Shown piece after piece: positions 1 through 10,149 of a DNA stretch of 64,000 bases (positions are counted from its first letter, which is position 1; every line of letters begins with the position of its first letter). Both the position numbers and the translations under genes were made by a program. Under the pieces are notes generated by a model. It worked only from the letters and a program-made list of their open reading frames with translations, did not search any database and was not told where the DNA came from. Source of the DNA: Candidatus Spongiisociaceae bacterium (GTDB lineage: Bacteria > Actinomycetota > Acidimicrobiia > Spongiisociales > Spongiisociaceae); the NCBI GenBank assembly GCA_965262915.1, contig OZ253564.1:4384001-4448000 (forward strand), read 5' to 3'.

Positions 1-14
1 TTAGGATTTCACGG

Positions 15-860
15 GTGTCGTTGCTGAACCCTCGACACCTCAACTCCGTGGCACATGTAACGGTGCAGTCTCCTGACCAGCCAGCGGTCGCCAGCAGAGG
101 TACCGCTTTCTGCTTCTTGGATGTCATAGACAACACCGATTCAGGATACATCTATGTTGTGACGTGTGCTCATCTCTTTGAGAACATGTCTCCCACCGCT
201 CAAACTGCCGTCCGCTTCAACACACCCGCTGGACTGCGGAACATGATCGCCGTTCGGCAGGACTGGCGGGAACACCCCATGGCTGACATAGCAGTCCTGC
301 AACTGAACGCAACCTTCTTGGAGGAACAAGGTGTTGAGATTTGGCCATGGCGAAAGGAGCACATGGTCACTCGAGAGAACGCCGAGGCGAAAGGCGCTTA
401 CGAGGGCGAAGAAGTGTTCATCCTCGGGTATCCGATTGGATGGCGACCCGCGACGCTTGACTATCCCGTCGTCCGTGGCGGGATGATCGGGCAGATCCGG
501 AGCTGGATAAACGGACACCATAGCTCCATACTGGTGTCCGGTACTGTCTTCGGGGGCAACAGTGGTAGTCCGGTACTGCTGCGCCCTCAGCCCGGACGTA
601 TAGAAGGCACACCCGTCCTGCGCGAAGTACCTTTGTTGGGGATGGTCTCCAGCTACAAGCTCGTTCCCTCGCCAGACCATCCGAGAGGGGGAGAAAACTC
701 TGGTATAGCTGATATCGTCCCTATGGACACGATTTACTCGCTAATCGAAGCGCATACACGGTCTGACGCGGCTCCTCAATGGACTGTGAGACAAACCAGC
801 TACGCTGTAACGGCGAATGCAGCAGGTCTCAACTGTGACATAACGGTTCCTACGAGGTAG
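15..860 (+). CDS. Trypsin-like serine peptidase
   Basis: Catalytic triad motifs VTCAH, ADIAVL and GGNSGSPV. Confidence 0.8.
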   Translation: MSLLNPRHLNSVAHVTVQSPDQPAVASRGTAFCFLDVIDNTDSGYIYVVTCAHLFENMSPTAQTAVRFNTPAGLRNMIAVRQDWREHPMADIAVLQLNATFLEEQGVEIWPWRKEHMVTRENAEAKGAYEGEEVFILGYPIGWRPATLDYPVVRGGMIGQIRSWINGHHSSILVSGTVFGGNSGSPVLLRPQPGRIEGTPVLREVPLLGMVSSYKLVPSPDHPRGGENSGIADIVPMDTIYSLIEAHTRSDAAPQWTVRQTSYAVTANAAGLNCDITVPTR

Positions 861-875
861 ATGGCTTTGCCAGTG

Positions 876-1370
876 TCAACGCCGTCTGTTCGCCATTCCT
901 CTGAGTGCGCTTAAGAGCCGGGCGATTGGCGAAGACCGTTTAGCGAAGCCCACGTGTGCTCCGCGCGACTTTCCCTCATAGCTGCGCTCTACTAATTCCC
1001 TGTATTCTTTTCGATTGCGTTCGACTTGTGCTTTCGTCCAACGGTCCGCCCAGATCACTTGATTTTCTATAATGAGGTAGTGGGACTGGCAAGGATAACT
1101 CCAGTTTCCAATGGACGGGTCCAATGTAATGGCCACGCCATCAAATGTAAGTTTCCAATCTATAGGGCTTAGCGGCGTTACGATCTCATATCCACATCCA
1201 CATGCACAATTGTGAATTACAGTGGCGTAAGGCATAGAGATATAGAGTATCCCGTCTTCCATGATATCAGGAATATGCGACACGAACTCTAGTGTTATCT
1301 GCCTGATTCTGCTATGACGTCGCATTGATAATGCAGTTACCATCGATTGAATAGATGCTATGAAATTCAT
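876..1370 (-). CDS. DUF6527 family protein (BubB-like Ubl peptidase)
   Basis: HxCACGCG, LSPxDW, PSIGNWSxPCxSHY motifs; downstream of E2-E1 and Ubl genes; true start may be ~1325. Confidence 0.8.
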   Translation of the reverse strand: MNFIASIQSMVTALSMRRHSRIRQITLEFVSHIPDIMEDGILYISMPYATVIHNCACGCGYEIVTPLSPIDWKLTFDGVAITLDPSIGNWSYPCQSHYLIIENQVIWADRWTKAQVERNRKEYRELVERSYEGKSRGAHVGFAKRSSPIARLLSALRGMANRRR

Positions 1371-2499
1371 GTTCCAGATCGCTATAGAAGCCTAAGTACT
1401 TCTTCCACCTGATGATTGCCAAGGCTGCTGTAAGCATGTTCATATCTGCGATCTGGATCGGAGTGTGGTAGTCATCGTCGTTGTCTATCGCGGATGTAGA
1501 CAGATGACCACGGCTGTGGTGGATGACCGATGGCGTTCCGCATGTGATTCTTGCCATGCCCTCTAGGGTGTCGTTAACCTCTCCTATGCCGAGCCCTACG
1601 TCGATGAACGGAAGCTCGTGTTGGATTAAGAGTGCTAGCAATACGTTTCGTGATGGGCCACCGTCAATCGCTACGAATACGAAGTCCATATCGGCAATGT
1701 GGACAAAGTTGTCTTTGTATACGTAATAGGGATGAGGAATAATACGTTTGTGTATGTTCTGGTACAGAGCAGCGAAGTGTGATGCCTTATTTGGTGAGCG
1801 TTGTAAAGTAGTGATGCTGACCGCGCCTGGTGATCTGAAGGCGTTGTGCTGCCTAAGAACGTCACCATCCCAAAGGTGTATTTCCCTGACGGGTGTTTTG
1901 GCAAGCTGATCTACTATGTAGGAGCCAGTTCCGCCGACGCCTATTACCGCTATTCGGTGACCTCTTAGTTTATCGGTATGTGTCCGAATGTTGGATCGGC
2001 TAGACGCTGTATCCAGATAGGCGAAGGGTGTGTCTTCGCCTCCGAGGCCGATCACAGGGAAGGTTCGAGCGGAGCAGCGTGGATCAAGCAGACTAGCATA
2101 GCTGCTCAATATACTGATATATACAGTGAGCTTCTCATAATAGTCGGTGTATAGAGTGATACCTGTGAGAGAGACGGGTTTATGAGAGAAGATGTAGTCG
2201 ATAGCGATGGTAGGCGTTAGTTGTTGCTGGTGTCGTTGGTTGATAATGTGTCCGAGGATCGTTCCCGTATTGTCACAAGGTGCTGACCCGTGGAACATGA
2301 CAGTGTGATCACTGGGTTGAGCGGTGATGTCCCCACCCAGAGTGAGTGTGGAGACGAGTGTGCCTCGCTGGATTGTTCTGGATGCATCGACGTACGGAAC
2401 GTCCGACACCAAGAGGTAACCGTCGCGTACTGAAACGTTATACCCCTCATTGCGGAGTCGGGTGAGATCGGGACTAAGACTTATCAGTTGCTTTGACAT
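1312..2499 (-). CDS. DUF6791 (E2-like)-ThiF/E1 fusion (BubCD-like)
   Basis: N-terminal SPDLxRLRxEGY..VPYV; ThiF motifs GVGGTGS and DGD..HNAFRSPG. Confidence 0.85.
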   Translation of the reverse strand: MSKQLISLSPDLTRLRNEGYNVSVRDGYLLVSDVPYVDASRTIQRGTLVSTLTLGGDITAQPSDHTVMFHGSAPCDNTGTILGHIINQRHQQQLTPTIAIDYIFSHKPVSLTGITLYTDYYEKLTVYISILSSYASLLDPRCSARTFPVIGLGGEDTPFAYLDTASSRSNIRTHTDKLRGHRIAVIGVGGTGSYIVDQLAKTPVREIHLWDGDVLRQHNAFRSPGAVSITTLQRSPNKASHFAALYQNIHKRIIPHPYYVYKDNFVHIADMDFVFVAIDGGPSRNVLLALLIQHELPFIDVGLGIGEVNDTLEGMARITCGTPSVIHHSRGHLSTSAIDNDDDYHTPIQIADMNMLTAALAIIRWKKYLGFYSDLEHEFHSIYSIDGNCIINATS

Positions 2500-2746
2500 T
2501 GAAAATCATGTCGTCGATGATCTTCACGCTCTGGCCCTTCGTCAAGAAACCTTGTGTACCCCGTGGTCCGTTGCGATAAGCGACCGTAATCTCGATGTGA
2601 TCACCTGTTGGGGGGTTCTCAAATGCGAGATGTATGACTTCACTGTACGTGATACGTTCGTTTTCTACCGTCTTCTGTCGAGAGTTGACGATGATCGTGT
2701 ACTTCTTGTGGTCGTCGGGCGTCCCGATAGTGGATGCGTCATCCAT
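2474..2746 (-). CDS. Multiubiquitin-domain ubiquitin-like protein (BubA-like), 90 aa
   Basis: IIVNSRQK..ITYSEVIHLAF..G.L..GQSVKI.D.MIFNVKATDKS; ATG at 2746 with GAGG RBS; overlaps the E1 gene. Confidence 0.8.
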   Translation of the reverse strand: MDDASTIGTPDDHKKYTIIVNSRQKTVENERITYSEVIHLAFENPPTGDHIEITVAYRNGPRGTQGFLTKGQSVKIIDDMIFNVKATDKS

Positions 2747-2896
2747 TGTCAACCTCACTAGATGGGGGGAAGGCCACCGGCGTAATGCGGGCGGAGTGAC
2801 GACAGTATACCGGCTCTTCGGAAATGAGTGGGGAGTAGGGGATCTGCGGGGGGAGTGGTAATCCACTAGAAGTGAGGAGGGGTCCTCCATAATCGG

Positions 2897-4234
2897 GTGT
2901 TGGTAATGACATCCGAGGCAGGAGGACCCCTGTGGAAGCTGATCCCTGCGCGCATGTGCGAGTTGTTGGTAGGCCTAGGTGAGGTTGATCTGGTAGGGAT
3001 CAACGACCCGGGCGAGGGTGCACCGCTTGGGGTGGTGATCGGGTCCCGCAAGCCCCGCCCGTCCTGTGAGGCCTGTGGTGGCCCGGTGTGGTCCAAGGGT
3101 GAGCGGAGCGTGGTGTTGGTGGATTTACCGGCGTTCGGTCGGCCTGTGCGGCTGCGGTGGCGGAAACGTCGGTGGACGTGTCCGAACACCGACTGTGAGA
3201 TCAGATCGTTCATCGAGCAAGACCCCACGATTAGTCCCCAACGGGCGTTGTTGACATCCCGAGCGGCCCGGTGGGTGACCGTCCAGGTGGGTGGGCGGGG
3301 CCGTTCGGTCGACGAGGTCGCCGCAGAACTTGGTTGTGATTGGCATACGGTGAACAACGAGGTCGTCCGCTGGGGCGAAGCACTCCTGGGGGCCGACACC
3401 GATCGGATAGGCGAGGTCGGAGCTGTGGGCATCGACAAGAAGCGTTGTTCTGGCGGAAAGGCCGGTGGCGAACCAAGGTTTGGTGCACTTCTGTCGTCGA
3501 CGTGGGAGGCCACCACCCGGTTCGACATAGTCGGTGGTAGAACAGCAGAAAGCGCCGCAGCCTGGTTCCGGTCACAACCCACCGAATGGTGTGAGGCTAT
3601 CCGCTGGGCGGTGCTGGACATGTCCGGTCCTTACCGGAAGGCGTATAACCGGGTGCTCCCGAACGCTGTGCAGGTAGCGGACCCCTTCCACGTCATCCGC
3701 TTGGCCAACCAGCGTCTCGACGACCTACGACGCCGCACCCAGAACGAAACCCTCGGGCATCGAGGCCGCAAGGACGACCCGCTGTATCGGATACGCCGCC
3801 TCCTAACCGCCGCTTCCGAGAGGATCAGCGACCGGGGTCAAACCCGGCTGCGTGGTCTCCTCGATGCCGGTGACCCCTACGGGGAGGTACGCACCGCCTG
3901 GCACGCCAAGGAAACCGTGAGAGGCATCTACAAGATCGACAGTCCCGCCCTCGCTCTCCGATACACCCTCCAGCTCGCAGACGACCTCCAGGACGAATCC
4001 TGCCCACCCGAGATCAACAAGCTGGGACGTACCATCGCCCGCTGGACCCCCCAGATCACCAACTGGCACATCTCGAAGGTAACCAACAGATGCCACCGAA
4101 GCCCTCAACAACCTCATCAAACGCATCAAACGAGCAGCGTTCGGGTTACCCAACTTCGCGAACTACCGAATCCGCGCCCTTCTCTACGCGGGGAAACCCA
4201 ACTGGGACCTACTCCCATCGGTCACTCCCCACTG
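2897..4234 (+). pseudogene. ISL3 transposase, frameshifted
   Basis: Homologous to the intact copy at 27434-28732; frame breaks near 2945, 3440-3520 and 4090. Confidence 0.85.
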
Positions 4235-4249
4235 AAATCCACTCATACT

Positions 4250-4440
4250 TAGAAGGTTCCTGGGCTGGGACGGGTCTGACCCAACTGAAATCTGGCTTTG
4301 TGCCTTTTCATCGATCTGTCGGCCTGTTCCCAGCTTGGGGGTGTAACCCCCTGACCCGGGGCGGATGTGACCTTATAGGAGCTTTGATCTTCCACCACCG
4401 TGAGTGGTCTGTCCACCGCCTTCCGGGTCCGAGGATTAGG
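4250..4440 (+). ncRNA. Putative IS110 bridge RNA (A1)
   Basis: ACTGAAATC (4284-4292) and TCATCG (4308-4313) match the target; ATAGGAGC (4375-4382) and TGAGTGG (4401-4407) match the element ends; RNA boundaries approximate. Confidence 0.75.
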
Positions 4441-4473
4441 AAGTGATTCTATCCAGCAGAGGAGGAAGGTGTC

Positions 4474-5703
4474 ATGGGAGAAGATGGTCGGGTTGTGTTC
4501 GGTGGGGTTGATACCCATCGTGATACCCATGTGGCGGCGGTGGTTGATGGCGCCGGTCGGGTCCTGGGAACGGCACCGTTCGGAGCTGATCGAGTCGGCT
4601 ATGAGCAACTGGAAGACTGGTTGCGGTTACAGGGTCGCGTTAGCCGGGTAGGAGTGGAGGGCACCGGCAGCTACGGCGCCGGCCTCGCCCGCTATCTGAT
4701 GGCGGCGGGCATCGAGGTGGTAGAAGTGAACCGGCCGAACCGGCAGCTACGCCGCCAGCGGGGCGGCAAGACCGACAGTGTCGACGCCGAGGCGGCAGCT
4801 CGGGCAGCGGCCTCGGGGCAAGCTACCGCAGTTCCCAAATCTGGTGACGGACCGGTTGAGTGCATACGGATGCTGTTGGTGGCCCGCCGCTCGGCTACCA
4901 AGGCCCGCACCCAGGCCGCTAACCAGATACATTCTGTGACCGTTACTGCACCTGAGCCGCTAAAACGCCAGCTCAGAGGTCTCAAGCTCAAGGCTCGGGT
5001 TCGGGTCTGTGCCCGCTGGCGTCCCGGCCAAGCACAGACCACTGCGGCGTACGCGAAGATGGCTCTACGCTACCTGGCCCGCCGATACCAATCCCTCGAC
5101 GCAGAGATCCGCGAACTCGACGTCGAGATCCGTCGCCTCTGCGCCGAGGCTAACCCGGCTCCCTTAGCCGCCACCGGTGTGGGCCCTGACAGCGCTGCTG
5201 CGCTGCTAGTCGCTGCCGGCGACAACCCCGGACGGATGAAATCGGAACGGTCCTTCGCTGCGCTATGCGGCGCCAGCCCCGTCCAGGCATCATCGGGACA
5301 GACCATCCGGCATCGTCTCAACCGGGGCGGCAACCGCCAAGCCAACAACGCACTCTGGCGGATCGCTACCACCCGGATACGCCACGACGCAGCCACCAAC
5401 CAATACGTGGCACGGCGCCAGGGGGAAGGAAAGAACCGAAAAGAGATCATCCGCTGCCTCAAGCGGCACATCGCCCGAGAGGTCTACCGACTGCTGACCA
5501 ACCCGCCACCAACCCCGAACTGCGCCCGGCTCCGCCGCCGACGTCAACACGCCAACATCACCGTCACCCAGGCCGCCCAACAGCTCGGAACCCACCCCAG
5601 CCGCATCTCCGCACTCGAACGCGGCCGAGACCACAACCACCAACTCGCCAGCCGATACCAGACCTGGCTCCTAACCCACCAACCGGCCCCATCACCGACT
5701 TGA
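4474..5703 (+). CDS. IS110 DEDD recombinase with C-terminal XRE-like HTH
   Basis: GVDTH, GVEGTGSYG, KTDSVDA, ASSG, RGGNRQAN motifs. Confidence 0.92.
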   Translation: MGEDGRVVFGGVDTHRDTHVAAVVDGAGRVLGTAPFGADRVGYEQLEDWLRLQGRVSRVGVEGTGSYGAGLARYLMAAGIEVVEVNRPNRQLRRQRGGKTDSVDAEAAARAAASGQATAVPKSGDGPVECIRMLLVARRSATKARTQAANQIHSVTVTAPEPLKRQLRGLKLKARVRVCARWRPGQAQTTAAYAKMALRYLARRYQSLDAEIRELDVEIRRLCAEANPAPLAATGVGPDSAAALLVAAGDNPGRMKSERSFAALCGASPVQASSGQTIRHRLNRGGNRQANNALWRIATTRIRHDAATNQYVARRQGEGKNRKEIIRCLKRHIAREVYRLLTNPPPTPNCARLRRRRQHANITVTQAAQQLGTHPSRISALERGRDHNHQLASRYQTWLLTHQPAPSPT

Positions 5704-5899
5704 CAACCATAGGAGCATCGAAGAGCCAGTATACCGGCGCCTCTGCGGTTCTTACGCCGTCTGGTAGCGGTTCGAGGGTGTCCCGGCTGAAACCTTGTGG
5801 CTCGAAGCTGGTGGATCAGGGGCGGCGTAGCAGCGCGCATCCGCAGAGCCAGGTTGTGTGGGGGACTCTTTGATCGGTTGATGTCGCTGAGCGGAGGCC

Positions 5900-6106
5900 A
5901 CGGTGAATGCCTGCCGACGTGCCGCTCAACAATGTGAGCTCTTCAAGAATGTTCTGCCGAGTGGCCTCATCGTCGATGAGCAACGCCACGTCACCGCCAA
6001 GGGTGTCCTCGAATAGCGCAGATAGAGCCTGAGGGTCGTTGGTTGCGCAGGTGAATCGGTTCACTGGTGCCGTAGTGGTCGATGCCGATGAGAGTCCGCG
6101 CGTCAT
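5900..6106 (-). pseudogene. Fragment resembling the caspase-like N-terminus of caspase-helicase fusions
   Basis: D.QALSALFEDTLGG..LL.D.EATRQNI; degraded. Confidence 0.35.
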
Positions 6107-6115
6107 GGCTAGCTC

Positions 6116-6331
6116 CTAGAGCTTCGTTCGGCCTGGGGCGTCGTCGAGATTGGCTCGATGGGTCGAAACTGAGACGTTGGTTAGCTCAAGCTCAGGGGCT
6201 CTACCGGAGAGGGCCTCGGTGAGGGCTTGAATTTCGGCTAGGGCGGATTGGAGGTGGTCGGCTATCTGGGCGGCTAGGACGGCTGGGGGTGGGAGGTTGT
6301 CGACGTCTTCTAGGCTTTCGTCGCGGATCCA
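6116..6331 (-). pseudogene. hsdM: C-terminal remnant of type I RM methyltransferase
   Basis: WIRDESLEDVDNLPPPAVLAAQIADHLQSAL; cut exactly at the Tn3-like IR at 6332. Confidence 0.65.
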
Positions 6332-6851
6332 GGGGTTAACGGAATATGTGGACGAAATGTAACGGTTTCGAGTCGTCCTACAGCATGGGGGTCTCCTTCG
6401 CGGTGATCGGGTGGGAGCGTCTCGTCGGATGCGGACTACGCCGGAGGTGCTGTGGCGTAGGGAGTAGAGGGGGTCAGAGTCTTGGTGGAGGGAACGACCG
6501 CCGGCGGTTGTGATGGCGATCCGGAGGCTTTGAAGGCTCAGTGCTCCGAATAGTTCCAACGCGTACCCAAACGAGGTCGCAACGTCGGTCGAGCAAGAGA
6601 TAGCAGAAACCAAAGACGCGGTCTCCCGCCGGCGAACCAAGGACAACGCCGCCGCCGACACACCGGCGGCTAAGACATCCAAGGCGAAACTGTCGCCCTG
6701 CTCACCGACGCCATCATCGCCTGGAGCATCACCTACATCGGACCCGCAACCCAACACCTCACAGCCGCAGAGACCCCCATCCACCAGCCAACTCCGACCC
6801 CTACGAACACCCTGAAACCGTTACATTTCGTCCAAATATTCCAGAGACCCC
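6332..6851. mobile_element. Non-autonomous Tn3-like MITE
   Basis: 38-bp IRs starting GGGG (6332-6369 and 6814-6851); flanks ATCCA/ATCGA (imperfect TSD). Confidence 0.75.
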
Positions 6852-7560
6852 ATCGACGAAGCGATCACCCTCCTGCTCTGGCTGGTCGCCGCGATGTCGG
6901 GCTGTGCCCTGCTCGGTGTCGTAGCCAAGACAGACCCGCCTCCGGGCGTCGCCGGGGCCGTTGTCGGCGGCCTGGTGCCGTTGTCCCTCGTCGCCCCGTC
7001 CGTACCGCTGCTAGTCGGCCTTGTCCTCCGGAAGGGCTGGCAGCTGCTCTCAGCGGCAGCCTCGCCGGGCGAGGACAACGACGCTCACGATGAACCGGGC
7101 GAACTCGCGGCGGGCTGCAGGTAATAGGCGATTACCTGCACCTGGAGGACCCGGCGCATACCGAACAGTCCTGCAAAATCGGGGTTCGGCGGAGGCCGGA
7201 TCGTGCACGAACCGTGCGGATTACCTGCAGTTGACCGCCGAGGCGGCTCTTACGGCCCGGCGCCCGCGACGCCGATCCCCACGTCGAGGAGCACCCACAT
7301 CTGGTAGACGACCACGACCAGCAGCGCCGGCCCCGCTCACGACGAACACACCACCGACGGTCCCGGTGGGCTACCGACGCCTAGGCGGTGCGTACCGCGC
7401 AAAGGTCGCCAGGGCGAACAGCAGGACGAAGCCCCACAGCCTCGCGGCGGATGGACCTGGGGTGGTGAACAGGTCGGCAACGTCGTGGATCACCTGAAGC
7501 ACAGCTCGACCCTACCAGCAGCACCCTCGCCGGACTCGGCCCCTGCACGGCGGGTAGGGT

Positions 7561-8010
7561 GTGGCGGGTTGTCACATCCTTCGGCTACCTCAAGGTGTAA
7601 CATCCGCAGGCCAAAAGGAGGATACGCTGGCCGACACCACGACTGTCTACTTGCCGGGCCGCTGGCCCGTCACTGTTGACCTCGACGAGTGGGAGTGCCT
7701 GGGCGAGAGCGAAGAAGACGACGACTGCCGCTCCCCCGACCCCGGCAAGCGGAACCAGGCCCTCTGCAGTGGCGAAGGCACCGAGTACGCCATCAAGATG
7801 TACCGGAAGGACGGGCGTTACCTCGTGACCGGGATCCGCACCGGGCGGGACGACGGACACGAAACTGGGCGGCTAGTAGAGGCACACGACGACGCCGTAG
7901 AGGCGATCTGGCTCGTGTCTTACGAGCTGTGTGACGCGGCCCATAACGCGCTGCGGCGCAGGCTCGGCGCCAGGATTATCTTCGGCCTGACGCCGGTCCC
8001 CCTCGACTGA
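7561..8010 (+). CDS. Hypothetical acidic protein
   Basis: Protein-like composition; AAGGAGG RBS suggests start near 7627. Confidence 0.5.
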   Translation: MAGCHILRLPQGVTSAGQKEDTLADTTTVYLPGRWPVTVDLDEWECLGESEEDDDCRSPDPGKRNQALCSGEGTEYAIKMYRKDGRYLVTGIRTGRDDGHETGRLVEAHDDAVEAIWLVSYELCDAAHNALRRRLGARIIFGLTPVPLD

Positions 8011-8152
8011 ACGCCCGCCCCCGCGTCACTGGCCCAGCGACCGCTCGCCCGCAGCCGTGGCCGCGCCAGGTCACCGCAGCCCCTCGGGCACTCCAGGGGC
8101 GTGTGAGGCGGCAGGCGTCGCCCCTCCGTCGGGTAGAAGCCGCCGGTGTCTG

Positions 8153-8605
8153 TCACGCTGTCAGCGCCGTGACCCTCATCGCTGCCAGGCCGGCCGCCAC
8201 CAACTGTGCTGTCACCACTAGCGTCGCGACCGCCTCGGTGTGGCTGTCCCGGTCACCGGCGATGCTCGCCCCCAGCCACAGCAGTCCGCTACCGGCAGCG
8301 ACAGCCCACGCGACCAGCGCCGCCGAAAGCCAGTCCAGAGCTTCCCCGTCCAGCCAGGGCAGCACGAGGACACCGAAGAAACCGACCAGGAGCAGCAGCG
8401 GCGGGGCCTTGACCAGCACCCCACCCAGCTGGCGCATAGCCGCCTCGCACCAGCGGCGGTACGGAGCCAGCCGGTAGAGGATCACCGACGCCAAGACGGG
8501 TACCACCAGCCCGTATACGTTCTGGAGGGCGGCCCCGCTCACGGGCTCAGCCCGTCTCTTTCCCCGGCCCCGGGGACCCGGTGACCCCCGCCGACGGGAC
8601 CCCAT
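8153..8605 (-). CDS. Hypothetical membrane protein
   Basis: Several hydrophobic segments. Confidence 0.5.
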   Translation of the reverse strand: MGSRRRGSPGPRGRGKRRAEPVSGAALQNVYGLVVPVLASVILYRLAPYRRWCEAAMRQLGGVLVKAPPLLLLVGFFGVLVLPWLDGEALDWLSAALVAWAVAAGSGLLWLGASIAGDRDSHTEAVATLVVTAQLVAAGLAAMRVTALTA

Positions 8606-8823
8606 CCGCTAGGCGGCCGGGGCACGGCTAACTGTCGGCCCTTCCCCCCTCCGGTTCATCCGGCGGGTCGCCAGCACCCGTGCGCACGACGGTCACCGCA
8701 AGCGACGCGCCGCGAGCCGCCGCCGCGTCGATCATGGCCGCCGCCAGGTCCAAGGCTTCCTCTCCGGGTACCCCCGCCCCGGAAACCAGGCGTACTTCAG
8801 TGACCATGCCGACACACTTCTCC

Positions 8824-9813
8824 CTACAGACGGTCGAGGACGGCCGTGACCGCACGGGCTTTGTCGGCGGCGGTGGGCAGGCTGTAGAGCTGGGTGGTTT
8901 CTACCCGGCTGTGCCCGGCCAGGTCAGCGACGAGGAACGCGTCGGTGCCCGCCCGGACCAGGCTGGTGATGAACGTGTGGCGCAGTGTGTGGGCGGTGAG
9001 CCCCTTGATGCGGGCCGCCCGCCCTGCCCGGGCTATGACTTCGCGGATCGCCCTAGCACTGAGCTGGTTCCCCAGCCGTGAGACCCACAGGGCATCGCCG
9101 CGGGCGTCGGCCCGTATCCTCAACCCAGCCCGTCGGGCCTGCCAGTCCTGCAGTGCCCGGCGGCACTCGGCGGCGATAGGCACCGTCCGGGAGCGGTTGC
9201 CTTTGCCGGATCGGACGGTGAGCACCCCCTTGCGGGCGGTGATCGCCAGGTCACCGGTCCGGAGGGCGGCCAGTTCACCGCGGCGCAGCCCCGTGTAGAG
9301 GAATGTCAGGATGATGGCCCGGTCCCGCGTGGCCATCCCCGCCGCGGCCCGGCGCAACGCCCGCACCTCGGCCTCAGCGAGGGCCTGTGGAGCCTGTTTG
9401 GGTAGCCGCTCGGGCGGCGCAGCGACCTGCAGGCCTCGGGACAGGTAGAAGTTCGACACCGCCGACAGCGCCTGGTTCACCGTGCGGGCCGCCAGGCGGC
9501 GTTCGACGAGCATCCACCGCTTGTACTCCCTCACCGCCCACTCCGCACTCCGCCGCTCGGCCTCCCGGCGGTCCTGCTCCGCCTCAGCCCGAGGCCCCCA
9601 AGCGACACTGACCACCCCCGTCGTGTGGTCAGGTATGAGCGACTCGTAGTCGTCGGGGGTCACCAGCCAGCCGAGGTAGGAGCGAGTCAGTGACAGGTAG
9701 GAGGCCTTGGTCCTCTCAGCGAGCGGCTGTCGCTCCAGCCACGTCCCGTAGCGCGTGTACGCCGACACAGCCGCGGGGGCGTCCAGGTCGCGGAGCGGTG
9801 TCGGCCGGGTCAT
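8824..9813 (-). CDS. Tyrosine recombinase
   Basis: TGLRRGEL, GKG, HTLRH, LAGH..TTQLY catalytic motifs. Confidence 0.92.
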   Translation of the reverse strand: MTRPTPLRDLDAPAAVSAYTRYGTWLERQPLAERTKASYLSLTRSYLGWLVTPDDYESLIPDHTTGVVSVAWGPRAEAEQDRREAERRSAEWAVREYKRWMLVERRLAARTVNQALSAVSNFYLSRGLQVAAPPERLPKQAPQALAEAEVRALRRAAAGMATRDRAIILTFLYTGLRRGELAALRTGDLAITARKGVLTVRSGKGNRSRTVPIAAECRRALQDWQARRAGLRIRADARGDALWVSRLGNQLSARAIREVIARAGRAARIKGLTAHTLRHTFITSLVRAGTDAFLVADLAGHSRVETTQLYSLPTAADKARAVTAVLDRL

Positions 9814-10149
9814 TGGGGCTCCGTTCGGTGGGGGCAGCAACTCGGAGGGGTGGGGTCGGGTCCCCTATTGGTGGCCGTTCGTTTCGGCCCTTCACCCCGG
9901 TTCTCGAGCCGATTGTAGGCCGTTCGACCCCCCACGTTCGGCATTCAATGGGCATTGTCGGACGGTCCTGCCCCGTGTCGGTTGGGGCTCTACCTCGCCA
10001 GCGTCGCTGTCATTGCCCGTGCCCCATCAGCGACATTCACCCGCACGGCTCTCCCATCTTGGCCGAGCCCACCTATCAGTCCGATGTTGGGGGTGGAGGA
10101 CAGAGTGGCTATCTTGGGGGTGGTGGGTTTGTTCCGAGAGTGGTGTTGA

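Larger units (their letters stand above)
4241..5719 (+). mobile_element. IS110-family element A1
   Basis: Ends ACTCATA..TTGACAACCATAGGAGCATC; no TSD; interrupts the ISL3 right IR. Confidence 0.9.
2812..5727 (+). mobile_element. ISL3-family IS (copy 1, frameshifted transposase) with an IS110 inside its right IR
   Basis: Ends GGCTCTTCGG..GAAGAGCC; perfect 8-bp TSD AGTATACC at 2804-2811 and 5728-5735. Confidence 0.9.

Noticed and set aside
2940-3530. Frameshifts shared by ISL3 copies 1 and 3 as programmed frameshifting or shared ancestry
   Set aside because: Both fall at GATC-containing sites, and copy 3 is otherwise closer to intact copy 2. Systematic sequencing/polishing error or gene conversion is equally plausible; needs raw reads. 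The same caveat applies to other single-base frameshifts in the window.
6850-9813. Prophage around the tyrosine recombinase
   Set aside because: No structural, terminase or replication genes, and no att repeat or tRNA seen.
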